Positions 50,805-60,489 of a DNA stretch of 64,000 nt are shown piece by piece (positions within the stretch are counted from its first letter, which is position 1; every line of letters starts with the position of its first letter). Source of the DNA: an uncultured Desulfurococcales archaeon (GTDB taxonomy: Archaea; Thermoproteota; Thermoprotei_A; Sulfolobales; WANQ01); contig CAYXRT010000004.1 in NCBI GenBank assembly GCA_964467535.1, positions 20,956-84,955 on the forward strand, written 5' to 3'. The translations under genes and the position numbers were made by a program. The notes below the pieces were generated by a model that saw only the letters and a list, made by a program, of their open reading frames with translations, had not been told where the DNA came from and did not search any database.

Positions 50805-51524
50805 ATGAATCCTCCTAAGGGTATATTAAGAACAGGTAATGCGGAACTTGACAGAGTTACAGGAGGCATTCCTGTTCCATCACTAAACCTCATTGAAGGG
50901 GAAAACGATAGCGGAAAGAGCGTTATTGTTCAACATCTTGCATGGGGAGGTCTTATAGAAGGCTTCACTGTACGCTATATTACAACTGAAACCACGGTTA
51001 AATCATTAATCATGCAAATGAAGAGTCTATCTCTTGATATTCTACCATACTTTATTAAAGGACAGTTTAAAGTTACGGCACTCCATGTTAAGAATATTTC
51101 ATGGGATGAGAGAATAGCAAAATATTATCTCTTGGCAATACTACATTTTATTAAACATAAAGGATTTGCTGATGTAATTATAATAGACTCTTTAACGTAC
51201 ATAGCTACTCACGCTAACACAAATGATCTACTATTATTTCTTTCAGAACTAAGAAATATAGTTGATTCAAGAAACATCATTGCAGCTATAACAATTCATC
51301 CATATGCTTTTAGCAGTGACTTGCTTGTTAGAATTCGATCTATATGTGATGGTCATATGTTATTAAGTATAAAGGTTCTTCCAAATAAGGAAGTTGTAAG
51401 AGCACTTGAAGTAGCTAAACTTAAAGGTGCAAGGAAAACAACTGATAACATTGTCTTCTTTAAAGTTGACCCCGCTTTCGGCATAAAAGTAATCCCCGTA
51501 TCACAGGTCAAGGCCTCAAGGTGA
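50805..51524 (+). CDS. flaH: Archaellum RecA/KaiC-like ATP-binding protein FlaH
   Basis: Walker A GENDSGKS, Walker B-like VIIIDS. 239 aa. Directly precedes flaI. Confidence 0.8.
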   Translation: MNPPKGILRTGNAELDRVTGGIPVPSLNLIEGENDSGKSVIVQHLAWGGLIEGFTVRYITTETTVKSLIMQMKSLSLDILPYFIKGQFKVTALHVKNISWDERIAKYYLLAILHFIKHKGFADVIIIDSLTYIATHANTNDLLLFLSELRNIVDSRNIIAAITIHPYAFSSDLLVRIRSICDGHMLLSIKVLPNKEVVRALEVAKLKGARKTTDNIVFFKVDPAFGIKVIPVSQVKASR

Positions 51525-51530
51525 GAATAC

Positions 51531-54290
51531 ATGGAGGTAATGGATTCAAAGATTCCATGTAGCTTCGATGTTAGCAGGTGTTGGATTTGTGCAAAGATGG
51601 GTGGTGAATTTGAACGCTTTGCTAAGTATAATCCACACCTAGTTCAATACGTACACGAATGGTTTTCTACATCTCGTTTAGGATTTCCTAAATTTGTTGT
51701 AAGACTCTCACGAGAAATGGGTTATTCAAAGAGGTACAATTACATATACCCTGTTGGAGGACCCATATTCATACACGTTTATAGAGATCTAGGATACACG
51801 CATGGAATATACCATCCAATAGAGCCATTATTACCACCAGATAAGAAAATATTATTAAGGCAAGTTGAGGAACTTATTGCGTCTCTCATTGATGATCAAA
51901 TTATTGAAGAACTTAAAGGTAATAAAGCTGAAGTACTTACAAAACTACTCAATGAAGTAGTAGAAATAGTAGATAAGAAGGAATTTAGTAGGATTACCAA
52001 AAATACACGTCATCTATTCAGCTTTAGAAGAAATAAGAAGATAAGTAAAATCTATGTAGATGAAGAAACCTATGCAAGATTAAAGTATGAGTATCTAAGA
52101 GAGAAGGCAGGTTTTGGTGTCTTAGAGCCATTTTTAAAAGATCCTTACATTGAAGATATATCATGTGATGGTGTTGGACCTATCTTTGTCGAACATAAGG
52201 TCTTCCACTCATTAAGGTCAACTGTAGAGTTTAAGACTGATGAAGAATTAAATGCGTTCATAATCAGGTTAACTGAACGTATAGGAAAACCTGTAAGACC
52301 CAAGAGACCAATAGTTGATGCTGCACTACCTGACGGCTCTAGATTAAATGTGGTATTCGGTAGAGATATTAGCCGTAAAGGCTCTAACTTCACTATCAGA
52401 AAGCATTCAAAAATACCATTGAGTATAACAGAGCTCATAAAGTTTGGAACACTAGATGCTAGGATAGCTGCATATCTCTGGATGCTACTAGAGTTTAAGA
52501 TGAGCTTATTTATTTGTGGTGAAACTGCTTCAGGTAAGACTACGACGCTTAATGCAATTACGGTGTTTATTAATCCTTCAGCAAAGATTGTCTCAATTGA
52601 AGATACTCCTGAAGTAGTCTTACCACATCCAAACTGGGTTAGTGAAGTTACGAGACACGGCGAAGACGAGAAAACATCAATAGATCTATATGACCTACTT
52701 AAAGCTGCTCTTAGACAAAGACCAGACTACATAATAGTTGGTGAGATTAGAGGTAAGGAGGGTCACGTGGCATTTCAGGCAATGCAGAGCGTAGCTTGGG
52801 AAACTCCTGTCCTAATAAGAGATGTAATTACAGGAAAAGTAGAATTAATGCCCATAGGCGCCTTTGTTGATAGATTCTATAAGGAATATGAAGAAAAAAT
52901 CCCTAAACCTGTAAGAGGTTATGAAGTGCTGTCCATGGACCATTATGGTAAAGTTAAGTGGTCCAGAATAGAGTACGTCTTGCGCCATAGAGCTGAGGAA
53001 GTATATGAAATAACTTATGAAGGCAAAGGAACGATAAAAGCTACAGGCTCTCATAGTGTTTTCGTATTAGATGAAGATACTCTAGAAATTAGACCTAAAC
53101 TTGTCTCCGAACTTCAAAGGGATGACCTACTAATCTCCTTTGTTAGAAGGAATTATGTTCCAAGCATGTCAACTATAGCGGAGACCCGTAAACTTCCACG
53201 CAAGAGAAGCATTCATGTCGAACTTATAGACGGTGGTCAAGAAGAAGTTGTAACCTATACTACTAGAGATAAAAGATTAGCCGTAGAACTTATTTGGCTA
53301 TTTAAGCTTGCAGGCTTAGAATCAAAACTTTCTAAGGCTTATGATTCAAGGGCTGGCGAGTACTATGATATCCACATAAGGTTATATAATACTGAAAACT
53401 CAACATCATGGTGTGAAAGAGTACCTCTTAAACCAATACTTAAGTTCCTTGAAAGAACAAAATTAATTGATAAGTTACCTACAGGATTAGCCTATACAAT
53501 CAAGAAGCTCTACGAATCAGGTCAAAGATTTATTACGAGGCGTATCGCTAGGAAAATACTGAACTTCATAGAAGAACATATTATAGAGCTCAACAATGAG
53601 AATGTACTATTTATAAATAAGCTGAGAAAATTTCTAGAGAGCGATATAGCCCTTGTCCGAGTGCTAAATGTAAAGAAGATTCCATATAGGGGCTACGTAT
53701 ATGACTTATCCACACCTGAAACAGAGCTCTTCATAGGCGGCGAAATACCAATAGCTCTACATAATACTGGGCACCCAGTCCTATCAACATTTCACGCAGC
53801 TAATATGGAAAAGCTTATACAGAGACTAACCGGCAAACCTATTGAAATTCCACCAGCATATATTGATAATCTAAATGCAGTCGTATTTCAAAACTTAATA
53901 ATAGACCCTAGAACAGGTCGTGCAGAAAGAAGAGTAATAAGTGTTAATGAGGTTATAGGCTATGATGCAGCTGAAGGAACATACAATTTTATTGAAATAT
54001 TCTCATGGGATCCTAAGAGGGACGTCCATACATTCAGAGGTGTAGGTAATAGTTACTTACTTGAATACAAGATTGCACCAAGAAGGGGATATGTGGGTAG
54101 AGAAGTTAGGAAAATCTATGATGAATTAGAGATGAGGGCTCAGATAATACAAAAACTTGTTGAAAATAAAGTATTCAACTACTATGACGTATGGAAGGTT
54201 ATTTCAAAGATCTATGAAATGCCTATTGAAGATGCTTTAAAGAGGATTGATAGAATATGCCAAGAAGTTTTAAGGAAATCTTCTCAATAG
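51531..54290 (+). CDS. flaI: Archaellum motor ATPase FlaI, intein-containing precursor
   Basis: Walker A GETASGKTT, Asp box SIEDTPE, Walker B RQRPDYIIVGEIRG, His box TGHPVLSTFHA. 919 aa because of a 326-aa insertion. Confidence 0.9.
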   Translation: MEVMDSKIPCSFDVSRCWICAKMGGEFERFAKYNPHLVQYVHEWFSTSRLGFPKFVVRLSREMGYSKRYNYIYPVGGPIFIHVYRDLGYTHGIYHPIEPLLPPDKKILLRQVEELIASLIDDQIIEELKGNKAEVLTKLLNEVVEIVDKKEFSRITKNTRHLFSFRRNKKISKIYVDEETYARLKYEYLREKAGFGVLEPFLKDPYIEDISCDGVGPIFVEHKVFHSLRSTVEFKTDEELNAFIIRLTERIGKPVRPKRPIVDAALPDGSRLNVVFGRDISRKGSNFTIRKHSKIPLSITELIKFGTLDARIAAYLWMLLEFKMSLFICGETASGKTTTLNAITVFINPSAKIVSIEDTPEVVLPHPNWVSEVTRHGEDEKTSIDLYDLLKAALRQRPDYIIVGEIRGKEGHVAFQAMQSVAWETPVLIRDVITGKVELMPIGAFVDRFYKEYEEKIPKPVRGYEVLSMDHYGKVKWSRIEYVLRHRAEEVYEITYEGKGTIKATGSHSVFVLDEDTLEIRPKLVSELQRDDLLISFVRRNYVPSMSTIAETRKLPRKRSIHVELIDGGQEEVVTYTTRDKRLAVELIWLFKLAGLESKLSKAYDSRAGEYYDIHIRLYNTENSTSWCERVPLKPILKFLERTKLIDKLPTGLAYTIKKLYESGQRFITRRIARKILNFIEEHIIELNNENVLFINKLRKFLESDIALVRVLNVKKIPYRGYVYDLSTPETELFIGGEIPIALHNTGHPVLSTFHAANMEKLIQRLTGKPIEIPPAYIDNLNAVVFQNLIIDPRTGRAERRVISVNEVIGYDAAEGTYNFIEIFSWDPKRDVHTFRGVGNSYLLEYKIAPRRGYVGREVRKIYDELEMRAQIIQKLVENKVFNYYDVWKVISKIYEMPIEDALKRIDRICQEVLRKSSQ
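52788..53765 (+). mobile_element. Intein in FlaI (residues 420-745)
   Basis: Starts SVAWETPVLIRD (block A-like, Ser1). KATGSHSVFV (block B TxxH). YVYDLSTPETELFIGG (block F-like). Ends IALHN followed by Thr+1. Flanked by FQAMQ and TGHP, which are contiguous in intein-free secretion-type ATPases. Confidence 0.8.
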
Positions 54291-55747
54291 TTTTTACAGG
54301 TAAGAAGCTACGTTATTTAACTCTTCTATTCCTTCTCCACTTACTAGCTTGTTCGTACTCTCGTGTAACTAGACTAGACCTATTCAAGATGACGGCAAGA
54401 CCCGAATATGGATACATTACGCGTTTACTTAAGAGGATTAATGCATTAGTAAGTTTAGGTTTCGGACAAGCTAGAGCATGTGAAATAGTTGCTAATACTT
54501 CACGAGATAAATATTTAAGAGATTTCTTCTTAAGATTTGCTCAATCAATAAAAGTAGGTGAAGATATAACAGAGTTCCTGGAGAGAGAATATAAATCATA
54601 TGTAATAATCTATGGCTCTGATTATGAAAGGTCTATGGTTAGGCTTAAAAGACTTTCAGAAGCATATATCGCCGTGCTTTCTTCAACTATCTTTGTATCA
54701 GTCACATTTGCCCTTATGGGTATGTTATGGGGGGAGGAATTTGTTCAAGCTCTATGGATGCTTATGCTACCGCTTATGGGGATATATGGGCTGCTCGTCT
54801 TCATGTTTTACCAAATAGCTCCATATGAAAAGTTAGTATCAGATTCTCATAGAGCTAGAAACATAGATAGATTATTAACGTTATCTAAAGTTATGGTCAT
54901 AGCTACAATAATTTCGCTCATAATAAGCATATTCCTTAGTCTTCAATATTTAATACCATTAAACCTAATACCATTTATAGCATTAATATTTGGAGTACCT
55001 TCACTAACTATAGGGATCACAGGGATTCGTTTGATTAAGAAAATAAAGGTATTAGATGAAAAATTCCCGCCATTTCTAACAACTTTAGCATCATCAATAT
55101 CATCACTAGGAGCATCAGTAAGAGAAGCCCTTAAGGAAATTATGCGTATAGATTTTGGACCATTAAATAAGCTTATACGTAGCTTAAGGGCTAGACTTGA
55201 AGTCGGAATTGATGAAGAGATTTGTTGGAAATTATTTGAACGAGAAACTTCAAGTGAGATAATTATATTTCATAGTGAAATATTCTATGACTCTTTCAAA
55301 GCTGGTGCACCTGCCGTTGTGGTCGGAAATCTACTAGGAAAATCTGTTCTAAACATTCTAACTCTTAGGAAAAGACGTGAGGAGGTAAGTGCATTTCTTA
55401 GAAGCATTTTATTACCGCTACATCCAGCATTAGCAGCTATATTAGCATTAACTCTAGCCATAATTACAGGATTCACTGAATCCATTGAAACCGTTCAGCA
55501 AGCAGCATTACCTGTTCAAATCATAACACCTATACCAGTACAAGCTGTTGAAATATTCTCATATATTGTTCTATTTACAACCACGATAGCAAACGCCATG
55601 GTAATGTACATTATTGAAGGAGGTCATAGTGTAAATCTTTCATACTACCTAGGATTATTCCTCTTAACAGGATGCTTAATATACTTTGGAATATATAATT
55701 GGATGAGAATATTTCTACAGTCACTTATAGGAGGTGTTGGAGGTTGA
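54257..55747 (+). CDS. flaJ: Archaellum polytopic membrane protein FlaJ
   Basis: 496 aa with multiple TM helices and two cytoplasmic T2SS-F-like segments. Overlaps the flaI 3-prime end by 34 nt. Confidence 0.8.
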   Translation: MPRSFKEIFSIVFTGKKLRYLTLLFLLHLLACSYSRVTRLDLFKMTARPEYGYITRLLKRINALVSLGFGQARACEIVANTSRDKYLRDFFLRFAQSIKVGEDITEFLEREYKSYVIIYGSDYERSMVRLKRLSEAYIAVLSSTIFVSVTFALMGMLWGEEFVQALWMLMLPLMGIYGLLVFMFYQIAPYEKLVSDSHRARNIDRLLTLSKVMVIATIISLIISIFLSLQYLIPLNLIPFIALIFGVPSLTIGITGIRLIKKIKVLDEKFPPFLTTLASSISSLGASVREALKEIMRIDFGPLNKLIRSLRARLEVGIDEEICWKLFERETSSEIIIFHSEIFYDSFKAGAPAVVVGNLLGKSVLNILTLRKRREEVSAFLRSILLPLHPALAAILALTLAIITGFTESIETVQQAALPVQIITPIPVQAVEIFSYIVLFTTTIANAMVMYIIEGGHSVNLSYYLGLFLLTGCLIYFGIYNWMRIFLQSLIGGVGG

Positions 55748-56364
55748 TCTTCGTATGGAGCTTCTTTCTCAATTTAATCAATAAACAAATCAACTCTCTA
55801 CTTCTTGGGATTATTCTGGGTATAGCTATAGGTTTAATTGAATTAGGGGTGATAATATTTCTCAGAAGAACTGGAAGCAGAGGTCTAAGAATATCAAGAA
55901 AAACAATGAAGGAAGAAACAAGAGAGATTACAGGTTCAAAAGAAGCTCAAGAACCTGCGAGGGAGACTGTTAGATTAGATACAGAGCAGCCATCTATTTC
56001 TATATCAGAAAATACAAGCTCCCAAGAGAAAAAAGAGAAAACCCTAGAACCTACGGTTGAAGCTAAGGAAGCTGCTAAAAAGGAGGAGGTAGAGAATATA
56101 CCTAAACGTGTATCATTAGAAGATGTGCCTGAATCAATTAAAGCCCACGTTAAGAAAGTTAAAGTAAGGTCTCAACCAACTATAACTAGGGAGAAAACAC
56201 TTCAAGAAAGTATAGACAAGGCTTCTGAAAACTTGGTTCAAAAAGAGATTAAAGAAAAACCTAGTACAAGTGTAGGGGTTCTAGTGCAAGTCCTAAAGGA
56301 GGTTAATGAAGCTGTTAAAGATCTTCGTCAGAGACTTAAGAGAGGCTTATACGAGGAAGAGTAA
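55699..56364 (+). CDS. Hypothetical single-pass membrane protein with Glu/Lys-rich tail
   Basis: TM LLLGIILGIAIGLIELGVIIFL, then a charged low-complexity tail. The true start is probably an internal TTG near 55744, just at the flaJ stop. Confidence 0.45.
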   Translation: MDENISTVTYRRCWRLIFVWSFFLNLINKQINSLLLGIILGIAIGLIELGVIIFLRRTGSRGLRISRKTMKEETREITGSKEAQEPARETVRLDTEQPSISISENTSSQEKKEKTLEPTVEAKEAAKKEEVENIPKRVSLEDVPESIKAHVKKVKVRSQPTITREKTLQESIDKASENLVQKEIKEKPSTSVGVLVQVLKEVNEAVKDLRQRLKRGLYEEE

Positions 56365-56463
56365 GGTTACCTTAGATTTTTATTTTCATGTTCTAAGACT
56401 CTTTTTAATTAATTAGAATTAGGTTTATTTTTGTGTATGATTTTTGTTTGTAGGGGTTGAGTA

Positions 56464-57237
56464 TTGAGGTTTCTTGGTTTATATAGAGGTTCTGATGGCT
56501 GCTATGAAGTTAATATAGTTAAAGAAAATAATGAGTTTAAAGTTATTGATATAGTAAGGGCAGGTATTGTTCCTGGCGAAGATTTTAATGAACGTGCGCT
56601 AGAAGTTGCTTGGAGGAGTAATTTATATTGGGAGTACATTAATAACATGCTATATTATCCAGTAGTTGCTGCTAAGGGGTTTAAGATTAATGAGGAAATG
56701 TTATATTGGTTCAATCATTATCTCGCAATTGTTGGCGGTCGTGCTCTTAAGGATGCTCTATTGAATCTTTTTGAGTATAATGAGTTGATTAGTAAGGGTG
56801 TTAATCGTGAAGCTAGGAGTAGGTGGAGGAATGCAGTATTATTTCTTGGTATTGCTGAACAGGTGTTTTGGAGGCTTATATTGAACCTTATACCTGGACT
56901 TGCTAAATTTATCAGGGAGTTTAGAATTTATGTTCAAGAAAGTTATGGTAAGAGGATTAGTGAGGATATATTGTATCCTCTTTGTGTGTTTGTTGAAGAA
57001 TTTCCAACAGCTGATGGAGGTGATGCACCAATAACTCGTACTGGCTGGTCGACTGTTTGGGAAGATCTTGTGAGTGAAGCCTATGAAAGGTATGGCTTTA
57101 AGAAGCTATATGTTCATTTCGATGAGGAAGAGTATGAAAAAATAGCAAAGGAGATAGCTATTAAAGTACCATACGTTAACACTCCTAGTAACACCATTGC
57201 ATTCTTTGAATACCTTAGTCCATTATTTAGGACTTAG
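56464..57237 (+). CDS. Hypothetical protein
   Basis: 257-aa ORF with TTG start and Trp/Tyr-rich helical composition. No motif recognised. Confidence 0.45.
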   Translation: MRFLGLYRGSDGCYEVNIVKENNEFKVIDIVRAGIVPGEDFNERALEVAWRSNLYWEYINNMLYYPVVAAKGFKINEEMLYWFNHYLAIVGGRALKDALLNLFEYNELISKGVNREARSRWRNAVLFLGIAEQVFWRLILNLIPGLAKFIREFRIYVQESYGKRISEDILYPLCVFVEEFPTADGGDAPITRTGWSTVWEDLVSEAYERYGFKKLYVHFDEEEYEKIAKEIAIKVPYVNTPSNTIAFFEYLSPLFRT

Positions 57238-58174
57238 CCTTAATGGGAAGAATTTTCGATAATGTATTTTTTACTTCATCTACATTACTAAACCTTATTG
57301 GCGCACCTGCTGAATGCGTATGACCATTACCTCCAAGCTTTTGAGCTAGTGAAGCTACATTCACTACTCGACTTCTAAAACTTGTTCCACCACTATATAT
57401 AAGTACATATATATCAGCATCAAGACCTTGGGAAATTAGTTCAAGATGAACGTCTCCTGGATGAACTTTACCTGGTACATTGAAGACCGTAGCAACCTTG
57501 TATCCATTTACATCTATAATCTTAAGGTTCTTTATAGCTTGTCTTAGCATTGCAACATAAATTGTTTCTATGGTCTTATATGCTTCATCAACCCATTTAG
57601 GCCATAGATCCCCCTTAGCTAATGCTTTTACTGCCTTTCTTCTGAAATTCCAGTCATACCATCTTAATACTCTTCTCCATCTTGTTGATAAGGGATTTTT
57701 ATTTATGAATCTATCATCATCAATAGCTAATTCAACTAGTTTACGGCTGTAATCGTCATCTAAGCGGAAGTATTTAGCTATGATTTCTGCTGCTACCATA
57801 CTTTCATCTATATACATGTTAACGCCAATACCTGTTAGTTCATTAATAAATTTTTCAAGCCATTTATGGTGATCAAACCAATAGACTTCAATACCTATAT
57901 TTACGAGCTTTGATAGTAATTTAGTAATAACTTTAGTTTGATTATCATCAGCTATGTTTAAATCTGATATTATTAAGTGGGATGCTCCATTAACTAAGGC
58001 ATTATTAACTGCTAGGCCAAGAGAACGTATAAGAGCTCTTATTGACGATAAGTAACATCCCAGAACACTTACATCACCTTTAACCCTATAGATTAGTGCC
58101 GCAGAGACTACACCATCAACATCAGAGTGCGACACTATCACGGTTTTCAAGGACCTTTCCCCGCATAATTTCAT
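57227..58174 (-). CDS. DHH-family phosphoesterase (NrnA/RecJ-like)
   Basis: Motif I SHSDVDG, motif II SDLN, motif III DHH (WFDHHKW), and DHHA1-like GGNGHTHSAGA. Confidence 0.8.
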   Translation of the reverse strand: MKLCGERSLKTVIVSHSDVDGVVSAALIYRVKGDVSVLGCYLSSIRALIRSLGLAVNNALVNGASHLIISDLNIADDNQTKVITKLLSKLVNIGIEVYWFDHHKWLEKFINELTGIGVNMYIDESMVAAEIIAKYFRLDDDYSRKLVELAIDDDRFINKNPLSTRWRRVLRWYDWNFRRKAVKALAKGDLWPKWVDEAYKTIETIYVAMLRQAIKNLKIIDVNGYKVATVFNVPGKVHPGDVHLELISQGLDADIYVLIYSGGTSFRSRVVNVASLAQKLGGNGHTHSAGAPIRFSNVDEVKNTLSKILPIKAKS

Positions 58175-58224
58175 ATACTACACTAGACATAAATAAGTAG
58201 TAAACAAATCTTAGGGGAAGCTTT

Positions 58225-59133
58225 ATGAAGCAAAAGTTTATAAGAATCCTAAAGTCAAAGAGGGAAAAAGCTATAAATGTTATTGGCGTCGTAATGATCC
58301 TCCTTATACTCTCATCAATGTCGTGTACATTTAGTGAAGACGTTAAATATGAAGAACTAGTTATTGCCGCTAAGGCATTCCTCGAATTGTGGATTCCCAA
58401 AGCAATAGAAATAGTTAAGGAAATTAAGCCCATTATTGAGGTTAAAGACAATATCTGCTCTATCATATGGTCAAGTAATGAAAGTGGTGTCTCCATGAAA
58501 TTAATTAATACTGATGGTAGATATGTTCCATATCACGTTAAGATACATGGTATTAGAGCTTCATTTAATGAGAGAATGTATGTTAGCTTTCTTTCATCAC
58601 TTGTTAGAACCATCGTAGGCAGGGGAGAAGTCATTAAGGTAAGCGAACTTGGAATCGATGGTGGTGAAGCAGGTAAGACCGTTACATATAGTGTTAAGGA
58701 TGCTAACATAGGTGGTGCACTTGTAATAACAGTAATATACCCTGATATAATAATTCTTCAGGATACAATAACTTTAGAATTAATAAAATATGCTAAGTCT
58801 AAGGGTTTAGAAGTTCATATACCTTCAAAGCCCCTATCACAAATAAGGCTTAATGTAACTCTAAAGTCTATTAAAGGCTTAACCTTGAGGTATGAGAGAA
58901 TAAATTCTCATATTATGCCCATATTAGAATTCATAAGCGGTAATGAAAAAATTAAAGTAAACCTATACAATGGTGAAGTTCTACATACAAAGATCTCAAC
59001 GAAGGGAACAGAAAAGGTGGCAGGATCTTACTTATACATTAGCGTACTAGCAGTTACTATTACATCTATTATGATAGCATTAGTGATTCATAGTAGAAGG
59101 CATAAATACAAGAAAAGAAGAAGAGTAAGATAA
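58225..59133 (+). CDS. Hypothetical membrane-anchored protein
   Basis: N-terminal anchor VIGVVMILLILSS. C-terminal TM ISVLAVTITSIMIALVI followed by the basic tail HSRRHKYKKRRRVR. Confidence 0.5.
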   Translation: MKQKFIRILKSKREKAINVIGVVMILLILSSMSCTFSEDVKYEELVIAAKAFLELWIPKAIEIVKEIKPIIEVKDNICSIIWSSNESGVSMKLINTDGRYVPYHVKIHGIRASFNERMYVSFLSSLVRTIVGRGEVIKVSELGIDGGEAGKTVTYSVKDANIGGALVITVIYPDIIILQDTITLELIKYAKSKGLEVHIPSKPLSQIRLNVTLKSIKGLTLRYERINSHIMPILEFISGNEKIKVNLYNGEVLHTKISTKGTEKVAGSYLYISVLAVTITSIMIALVIHSRRHKYKKRRRVR

Positions 59134-59319
59134 CATGGATACCGTGTCATTAGTAATCTTACTCCATCGTTTAAATTATCTATTTTAGTTCACCATCCTC
59201 ATAGAGATTTTCTAAATAATAGGATATGAGATTTATAATCGAGTAATAGTATACGTGTATAAATGATGATGAGCGTGCCCTTCGGTATGATAGATGATTG
59301 GAGGTCCCATTGCTGATTC

Positions 59320-59589
59320 TTATATAGTATATGTCTTTTCTCCTTTTCTCCATATGATTTTACCATTTACGTGTCTTACTTCTATTATTCTATGGAATGG
59401 AATTATTGTTTCTCCTATACTAAAATACCATGATCCTATCTCAGTTATTTTTGATGCTTTTATATCTAATGTACCATATTCTCCTTCCATACTCCTATGT
59501 ATTATCTTTACAATGTACTTTGATGGATCTTCACTCCACTTTATTCTATTTAGTAATTCTCTAATGACTGATTTACCTTTCTTGCCCAA
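59320..59589 (-). CDS. DUF504/UPF0248 (MJ1316-like RNA cyclic-end recognition domain) protein
   Basis: LLNRIKWSEDPSKYIVKIIHR...IPFHRIIEVRHVNGKIIWRK follows the family pattern. 89 aa. Confidence 0.65.
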   Translation of the reverse strand: MGKKGKSVIRELLNRIKWSEDPSKYIVKIIHRSMEGEYGTLDIKASKITEIGSWYFSIGETIIPFHRIIEVRHVNGKIIWRKGEKTYTI

Positions 59590-59681
59590 GAAGTTTCACT
59601 TCCTCTTTTATTTTAATTGATATTTAGGGCTTGTAGATATTTAAGTGTAATATTAATATGAGGGAACGGTGTTAGATAAAT

Positions 59682-60365
59682 ATGGTTGAACTATATGCTC
59701 TTAAGGAGCCTACGGGAGATCTTGAATGGGACTACTTTCTATTATGGGAGGCTGCAAGGCTTAAGAAGTTCTATGTAGGTACTTTTTATGTACCAAAACT
59801 TCATAGGCTTTTAGCTGTTTTCAAGCCTACTCCTGGTGCTTATATTAGTAATCTTGCGTTTGAAAAGATAGATTCAAGTTTACTTAGGGATGCTTACAGA
59901 ATGATATGCATTCCTGGTTGTGGTAAGTGTTGTGAAGCTGATAGTGGTGCATTTATTCTTGGAAATGAGTTAAGGGATATCCCTAAGAAGCCGAGAGAGA
60001 AACTACCCTCATTTTCCATAGTAATTTATGGTAGGAGTATTAGAGTTTACAAACTTGATATTGGACCTAGAGGTAGATGCATATTCTATGATGAGGTAAG
60101 CGGAGGCTGCAGGCTTGAAGGATTTAGAGGAACCATTAAACCTATAATATGCCTAATACATTATTGTACAGTATTTGCCGAGAAAAAGGATACTAAATAT
60201 GTTAAGGTAGCAGTTAAAAGAATTGATAATAAGTACATACCTATATATAAACCTGTAGATGACGAAGAATGGAAGAATATTCTTAGAAACCTTGAGAAGT
60301 GGAAGCTTAGGAGAATAAAGGGATACAGTTTTAGAGCTTTTAGGGCTAAGAAACAACATTACTAA
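59682..60365 (+). CDS. YkgJ/UPF0153-type Zn- or Fe-chelating CxxCxxCC-domain protein
   Basis: CIPGCGKCCE motif plus downstream Cys cluster GRCIFY...GGCRL...C..HYC. Confidence 0.6.
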   Translation: MVELYALKEPTGDLEWDYFLLWEAARLKKFYVGTFYVPKLHRLLAVFKPTPGAYISNLAFEKIDSSLLRDAYRMICIPGCGKCCEADSGAFILGNELRDIPKKPREKLPSFSIVIYGRSIRVYKLDIGPRGRCIFYDEVSGGCRLEGFRGTIKPIICLIHYCTVFAEKKDTKYVKVAVKRIDNKYIPIYKPVDDEEWKNILRNLEKWKLRRIKGYSFRAFRAKKQHY

Positions 60366-60489
60366 TGTTTTTAGGCTATGTAATTAATTCAAATTAAGTT
60401 AATGGTTAGTTATTACCTTAGTATAAAGTTATTCATTTAAGAGCTTGCATCCTCTATAATCATCGGGTTTAAATTAAGGTTGACATGAC

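Noticed and set aside
52788-53765. Calling the intein's central region an active LAGLIDADG homing endonuclease
   Set aside because: Only weak, single-copy LAGLIDADG-like traces (ELIDGG, LFKLAGLES) are visible, and the catalytic acidic residues cannot be placed. Activity is not supported from sequence alone.
58122-58496. 124-aa minus-strand ORF bridging the DHH gene start and the 58225 gene
   Set aside because: It overlaps two better-supported genes on both sides and has no recognisable features.
59294-59620. 108-aa plus-strand ORF overlapping the DUF504 gene
   Set aside because: The minus-strand 89-aa product matches the UPF0248/MJ1316 pattern (IPFHRI, KIIWRK). The plus-strand translation is hydrophobic low-complexity sequence with no support.
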